From NCBI GenBank assembly GCA_034440375.1, contig JAWXBZ010000158.1, positions 1 to 19,776 of the forward strand: a stretch of DNA of 19,776 bases. The letters run 5' to 3'. A program made the position numbers and the translations under genes. The notes beneath the pieces were generated by a model. It did no database searches and was not told the origin of the DNA. It saw nothing but the letters and a program-made list of their open reading frames with translations. This document shows, piece by piece, positions 15,331 through 19,776 of the stretch. The first letter of the stretch is position 1. Every line of letters starts with the position of its first letter. Source of the stretch: Candidatus Eiseniibacteriota bacterium. Lineage in GTDB: Bacteria; Eisenbacteria; RBG-16-71-46; JABDJR01; JAWXBZ01.

Positions 15331-17859
15331 ATGCAGACTTGGCGCCGGCTCATTGCCTCCATCCTGATCACGCTCCTGGCCCTGGCCGGCTCACCGCCAC
15401 CCGTCGGCGCCCACGGTCCGCTCCACGACGACATCCGCCGCCTGACCCGGGCCATCGAAGCCGACCCGCTCTGCGCCGAGTGTTACCTGGAGCGGGGCGA
15501 ACTCCATCGCCTGGACGAAAACCCGGCCGCCGCTACCCGCGATTTTGACCAGGCCGAACGGATTCTCCCCACGCTGCCGCGACTCCGGCTCTGCCGATCC
15601 GCGCTGGCGCTCGACGAAGGGGATCCGGAACTCGCTCTCGTCCTGGCCTCCAGTTACCTTGCGCACCATCCGCACGACAAAGGCGCCCTCGAACTTCGCG
15701 CCCGAATCAACGACCGGCTCGGACGAGGCGTCAACGCCGCCTCCGATCGAACACGACTTGCGGCGATCCAGGCCGCACCCGCGCCGGGCACAACCCCGGC
15801 CACCGGGGCCGCCACCGTGGCCACGACCCTGATCGGGCGCGGGGCCTCCTGGAAATATCTCGCCACCGCCATCGACCAGGGCACCGCCTGGCGGCCGACG
15901 GCATTCAACGACGGCGGCTGGCCTTTTGGCGGCGCGCCCCTCGGTTTCGGCGAGACGTACATCGTGACCACCGTGCCCTTCGGGCCGGACACGAACAACA
16001 AGTGGCGGACGACCTATTTTCGCAAGTCGTTCAACCTGGCCGAGGCGCCGGGCTCGCTGGTCAGCCTGACGATGACCGCCAGCTACGACGATGGCTTCGT
16101 GGCCTACCTGAACGGCACCGAGGTGGCCCGCCGGGGAATCGCGGCCGGAGCGGTCACCTGGTCCACCTTTGCCACCAGCCATGAGGCCGGCACTTTCGAG
16201 ACCATCAACCTGACGTCATTCATCGGGCTCCTGGCAACCGGAAACAACGTCCTGGCCGTCGAACTGCACCAAACCAGCGTCACCAGCAGCGACCTCGCGT
16301 GGGATGCCGACCTGTCGGCCTCCGCCGCCACGAGCGTGACACGGGGGCCGTATCTCCAGGTTCTCCGGTCGACCGGTATCACGGTGCGATGGCGTACCGA
16401 CGCGGCCACCGACAGCCGCGTTCGATGGGGCGCCTCGCCGGCGGCACTGATTTCCACGGCGGATGACGCGGTCCTGACGACCGAGCATGAGATGGCGCTG
16501 ACCGGTCTCACTCCCGGAACCCGTTACTACTATTCGGTGGGATCGATCGCGACGCCGCTGGCCGGCGGGGATTCGACCTTCACGTTTCGAACCACCCCCG
16601 CTCTGGCTGAGAGAACGACGATCTGGATCGTGGGCGATTCCGGTGATCCCCTGGGTTCCGACGACGTCCGGGATGGCTATCTCAACTACTCCAATGGCGC
16701 TTATCCCGATTTGTGGCTGATGCTGGGCGATAACGCCTACAACACCGGCACCGATGCCGAGTACCAGGCCAGCGTGTTCGACGTCTATCCAAATGTGCTG
16801 CGTCGCAGCGTCCTCTGGCCAACGCGTGGCAATCACGACGTCCTGTATGCCGGCCCGGTCAATGACTATTACGACATCTTCACGATGCCGGCGGCGGCCC
16901 AGGCCGGAGGCAGTTCGTCCGGCACGGAGGCCTGGTATTCCTTCGACTATGGAGACATCCACTTCATCTGCCTGGATTCGGAGGGTTCGGCCCGAACACC
17001 GGGGAGTGCCATGCTCACCTGGCTGGCCACCGATCTCGCCGCCAGCACGAAGACCTGGACGATCGCCTACTGGCACCACCCGCCGTACACCAAGGGGAGC
17101 CATGACTCGGATCTTGACTCCGATTCCGGTGGGCGCATGAAGGAAATGCGGGTGAATGTCCTGCCGATTCTCGAGTCGGCCGGAGTCGACATGGTCCTCT
17201 GTGGCCACAGTCACAGCTACGAACGGTCCTGCCTGCTGGACGAGCACTACGGCTATTCCACCTCGTTGCACGATTCCATGAAGGTCGATCCGGGGGATGG
17301 GAACCCTTCCGGTGACGGCGCCTACGTCAAGCCGACCGCCGGCAATGCCGCCCCGCACGAAGGGGCCGTGTACGCCGTGGCCGGCAGTTCGGCGCGGATT
17401 GGTGGAGGCAGCCTGAACCATCCGGCCATGGTCAGCTCCCGGAACGTGCTTGGCTCGATGGAATTGGTGGTCGATGGCCTGCGCCTCGACGCCGCGTTCA
17501 TCGACCCGGCCGGACTCGTGCAGGACAGCTTCGTCATATTGAAGGGCGGCGTCTCCAGTGTGCCCGACGTCGGCGACCGGACCGGCCCCATCATCCTGGC
17601 CGGCCGGCCGAACCCCTTTCAGTCCACCTGGCGCCTGACCGGCCGGCTTCCGGCAGGAGGCCCGGCCCGGGTCGACATCCTTGATCCGGCCGGCCGACTC
17701 GTCCGCACTCTGCTCGAGGCACCGCTTCTGGACGGCCCATTCGAACTGGTGTGGGACGGGCGCGATGCCGCCGGCCGGCCCGTGGCCACGGGCGTCTACT
17801 TTGCCCGGGTTGTCCAGGGAACCCGGATCGCGACGCTGAAGCTCATCAGGATTGATTGA
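15331..17859 (+). CDS. Secreted multidomain metallophosphoesterase (purple acid phosphatase-like): TPR region, jelly-roll-like domain, FN3-like domain, catalytic domain and FlgD-Ig/T9SS-type C-terminal domain
   Basis: Signal peptide, TPR-like helices (YLERGELHRL...AATRDFDQA), and DDGFVAYLNGTEV...NVLAVELHQ. These are followed by RGPYLQ...VRWRT...LTPGTRYYY, the complete PAP motif set (GDSG, GDNAY, GNHD, YWHHP, GHSH) and a C-terminal PNPF...GRLVRTL...WDGRD...GVYF. Confidence 0.92.
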   Translation: MQTWRRLIASILITLLALAGSPPPVGAHGPLHDDIRRLTRAIEADPLCAECYLERGELHRLDENPAAATRDFDQAERILPTLPRLRLCRSALALDEGDPELALVLASSYLAHHPHDKGALELRARINDRLGRGVNAASDRTRLAAIQAAPAPGTTPATGAATVATTLIGRGASWKYLATAIDQGTAWRPTAFNDGGWPFGGAPLGFGETYIVTTVPFGPDTNNKWRTTYFRKSFNLAEAPGSLVSLTMTASYDDGFVAYLNGTEVARRGIAAGAVTWSTFATSHEAGTFETINLTSFIGLLATGNNVLAVELHQTSVTSSDLAWDADLSASAATSVTRGPYLQVLRSTGITVRWRTDAATDSRVRWGASPAALISTADDAVLTTEHEMALTGLTPGTRYYYSVGSIATPLAGGDSTFTFRTTPALAERTTIWIVGDSGDPLGSDDVRDGYLNYSNGAYPDLWLMLGDNAYNTGTDAEYQASVFDVYPNVLRRSVLWPTRGNHDVLYAGPVNDYYDIFTMPAAAQAGGSSSGTEAWYSFDYGDIHFICLDSEGSARTPGSAMLTWLATDLAASTKTWTIAYWHHPPYTKGSHDSDLDSDSGGRMKEMRVNVLPILESAGVDMVLCGHSHSYERSCLLDEHYGYSTSLHDSMKVDPGDGNPSGDGAYVKPTAGNAAPHEGAVYAVAGSSARIGGGSLNHPAMVSSRNVLGSMELVVDGLRLDAAFIDPAGLVQDSFVILKGGVSSVPDVGDRTGPIILAGRPNPFQSTWRLTGRLPAGGPARVDILDPAGRLVRTLLEAPLLDGPFELVWDGRDAAGRPVATGVYFARVVQGTRIATLKLIRID

Positions 17860-17986
17860 TCCGCCCGGCCCAAAAACCCCGTGTTCCGCTTGTGGATCGG
17901 GTTGAATGTGTGAGATACACATCCCGGCGCCGGTGGGATGTCCCCACCGCAGTTCCCACTCAGCCCCATCAATTGAGGAGTCGAGC

Positions 17987-18562
17987 ATGTTCAAATGGAA
18001 ACGCACGCCCTGGTTGGCCGTGGTGGCCCTTGGTGCCCTCCTGGCAGTGGCCGGTGGCTGCGGTGGTGACGACGACGACAACGGCGGTGAGGACGCGTTG
18101 GTGCGGAATGGCACCTGGAGCCTGACCAGCAGCTTTTCGCTCAGCGGGACAGAAACGGAATGCGTCGGGTCGCCCGATCCGATGACCTTCTCGCTGCCCC
18201 TTTGCGAATTCACCGACCCGGGCGACCTGACCGGTGATGATGCCGAGTGCGATGTCGAGACCGACGGCAACGACGTCGAATTCCACTGCGCCGAGATGGT
18301 CACCGAGGGAGGCTGCACCTTTACCACGCACAACAACGGCACGGGCACTTTCGACGAGACGACCTTCACCATGGTCCTGACCAGCTACGTCGTCGTCAGC
18401 CCGGCCAGCCCGGCCTGCCTGGCGATGGCCGCCGCCAACCCGTGCACCACCACCTACAACATCAGCGGGACGTGGACCAATGCGACCGGCTGCGCCACCA
18501 AGAGCTCCATCCCGGTCCGCGAGCTTTTCCGCGCCGCCGGGCGACTGGCCGGCGACCACTGA
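17987..18562 (+). CDS. Hypothetical Cys-rich lipoprotein (191 aa)
   Basis: GAGGAG SD 6 nt before ATG 17987. The signal MFKWKRTPWLAVVALGALLAVAGG-C has the lipobox Cys at position 25, followed by an acidic GGDDDDNGGED tether and eight more Cys in a Thr-rich, beta-like mature region. Confidence 0.85.
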   Translation: MFKWKRTPWLAVVALGALLAVAGGCGGDDDDNGGEDALVRNGTWSLTSSFSLSGTETECVGSPDPMTFSLPLCEFTDPGDLTGDDAECDVETDGNDVEFHCAEMVTEGGCTFTTHNNGTGTFDETTFTMVLTSYVVVSPASPACLAMAAANPCTTTYNISGTWTNATGCATKSSIPVRELFRAAGRLAGDH

Positions 18563-18652
18563 ACCAATCCCGGGAGGCATTCGATCTCCGCACGTTGAAT
18601 CGTACCGCCGGGTAACGGATAATCCGGCGTCGCCCTAACGAACGGAGATCGG

Positions 18653-19776
18653 ATGCTTCTCTCCCAGGGATTCTTGTTACAAGAGCGTTACCGGATCGAG
18701 ATGCTTCTCGGTCGCGGCGGGATGGGCGCGGTCTACAAGGCCACTGACATGCGCCTCGGCCACACGGTGGCCATCAAACAAAACCTCTTCGAGACCGTCG
18801 AAGGCACGGCGCAGCTCAGCCATCCCACCCGTCCGGACGACACCGTGGCCCGCCGCGCCCAGTTCGAGCGGGAAGCCCGCCTCCTCGCCTCGCTGAAGCA
18901 TGCGGGGCTGGCCAAGGTTACCGACTACTTCTTCGTCACGGGCGAGGGGCAATACCTCGTCATGGATTTCATCGACGGGCAGGATTTCGGGGCCGTGGTG
19001 CACCAGCTCGGCGCCCTCCGCGAAGAGCATGCGGTCGGATTCATCATCGAGATCGCGCAGGTGCTGGAGTATCTCCACTCCCAATCGCCGCCGGTCATCC
19101 ACCGGGACATCAAGCCGGCCAATATTCGTGTGACACCGCAGGGACAGGTGTTCCTGGTCGATTTCGGCGTTGCCAAGGTTGGCACCGGCGAAAAGACGAT
19201 GTTTGGCGCCCAGGCCGTCACGCCGGGGTTCAGCCCGCTTGAGCAGTTCGGCGGCGACAAGCCGACCGACCAGAGAGCCGACATCTACTCGCTGGCGGCC
19301 ACGCTCTATACACTGACGATCGGGAAGTCGCCACCGTCGGCAATCGACGTCCTCCGGGGCAAGCCCCTGATCGAGCCCGGGGCAGGCGCCGGCCTCCGGC
19401 CTTCCCTGCTCGAAGTGATCCAGCGCGGGATGGCACTCGAGCCCGAGGATCGCTACGCCAGCATGGCCCAGTTTCGGGAGGCGCTCGCGATCGCCTTCCC
19501 CGAGCGGACGCGCCAGGCCCAGAGCAGCGATACCGTCAACCTGGTAACACAGATCTACACCCAGCCGATGAGTTCCCCCGGCTCGGAGATGGGCGTGGTC
19601 GGCCTGACCGGCTCCCCGGATACGGGCCGGCCAAGCTCGATGGCGCCGCCGACCACCGGCAACCCGACCACCGGCAGCCGCGGGGGACCAGCCGCGCCAC
19701 CCGCCGCCACCCGGCCTCCGGTGAGCGTGCCGCCACAGGCCACCGCACCCCACCAGCCAACCGCAAGGCCCCCGGA
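18653..19776 (+). CDS. Hanks-type Ser/Thr protein kinase with Pro/Thr-rich tail (3' end runs off the window)
   Basis: Not in the ORF track; translated by hand from ATG 18653 (GGAG SD): ERYRIEMLLGRGGMGAVYKA...VAIK...FEREARLL...YLVMDFIDG...IHRDIKPANI...LVDFG...TPGFSPLEQ...ADIYSLAATLY...EPEDRY. The frame stays open to the window end. Confidence 0.95.
   Translation, partial: MLLSQGFLLQERYRIEMLLGRGGMGAVYKATDMRLGHTVAIKQNLFETVEGTAQLSHPTRPDDTVARRAQFEREARLLASLKHAGLAKVTDYFFVTGEGQYLVMDFIDGQDFGAVVHQLGALREEHAVGFIIEIAQVLEYLHSQSPPVIHRDIKPANIRVTPQGQVFLVDFGVAKVGTGEKTMFGAQAVTPGFSPLEQFGGDKPTDQRADIYSLAATLYTLTIGKSPPSAIDVLRGKPLIEPGAGAGLRPSLLEVIQRGMALEPEDRYASMAQFREALAIAFPERTRQAQSSDTVNLVTQIYTQPMSSPGSEMGVVGLTGSPDTGRPSSMAPPTTGNPTTGSRGGPAAPPAATRPPVSVPPQATAPHQPTARPP
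19649..19678 (+). repeat. 15-bp tandem duplication in the kinase linker (PTTGN-PTTGS)
   Basis: CCGACCACCGGCAAC followed by CCGACCACCGGCAGC. Confidence 0.7.

Noticed and set aside
17906..17986. ORF-track start at 17906 for the lipoprotein, and a CRP-site reading of the TGTG...CACA dyad
   Set aside because: ATG 17987 has a GAGGAG SD and gives a proper signal peptide. The dyad spacing does not fit TGTGA-N6-TCACA.
16216..18372. 718-aa minus-strand ORF
   Set aside because: It is antisense to two well-supported genes and has no recognisable motifs; long shadow ORFs are expected at high GC.
18677..19753. 358-aa minus-strand ORF
   Set aside because: Antisense to the kinase, whose motifs are unambiguous.
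1..19776. CRISPR arrays, tRNA/rRNA genes, IS elements, integrases, defence-system genes
   Set aside because: None seen. All intergenic gaps are under about 230 bp and the repeats found are short and intragenic. This was by-eye inspection only.

Overview
High-GC (visually about two-thirds G+C), gene-dense bacterial chromosomal window with 11 supportable CDSs. I saw no RNA genes, mobile elements or CRISPR array. Two real genes are absent from the supplied ORF track because they run off the window ends: an ExeA/GspA-type AAA ATPase (minus strand, start 1249) and a Hanks-type Ser/Thr kinase (plus strand, start 18653). In order, the window holds: exeA-like ATPase (-), PqqL-like M16 zinc protease, class I SAM methyltransferase, large secreted Asp-box beta-propeller protein with a FlgD-Ig/T9SS-like C-terminal domain, stand-alone DnaE2-type polymerase (-), group II PLP decarboxylase, ada, DinB/YfiT-family protein, TPR + purple-acid-phosphatase + FlgD-Ig/T9SS-like protein, Cys-rich lipoprotein, and kinase. 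The most interesting part is a divergent DNA-damage locus. A dnaE2 with no imuA/imuB neighbours and no C-terminal SR[DN]F motif has a near-consensus sigma70 promoter with a palindrome in its spacer. It sits back-to-back with an overlapping decarboxylase-ada-dinB operon. The two PNPF...WDGR...G.YF C-terminal domains suggest an FCB-group organism outside Bacteroidota (inference). All calls come from reading motifs by eye; no searches were run.
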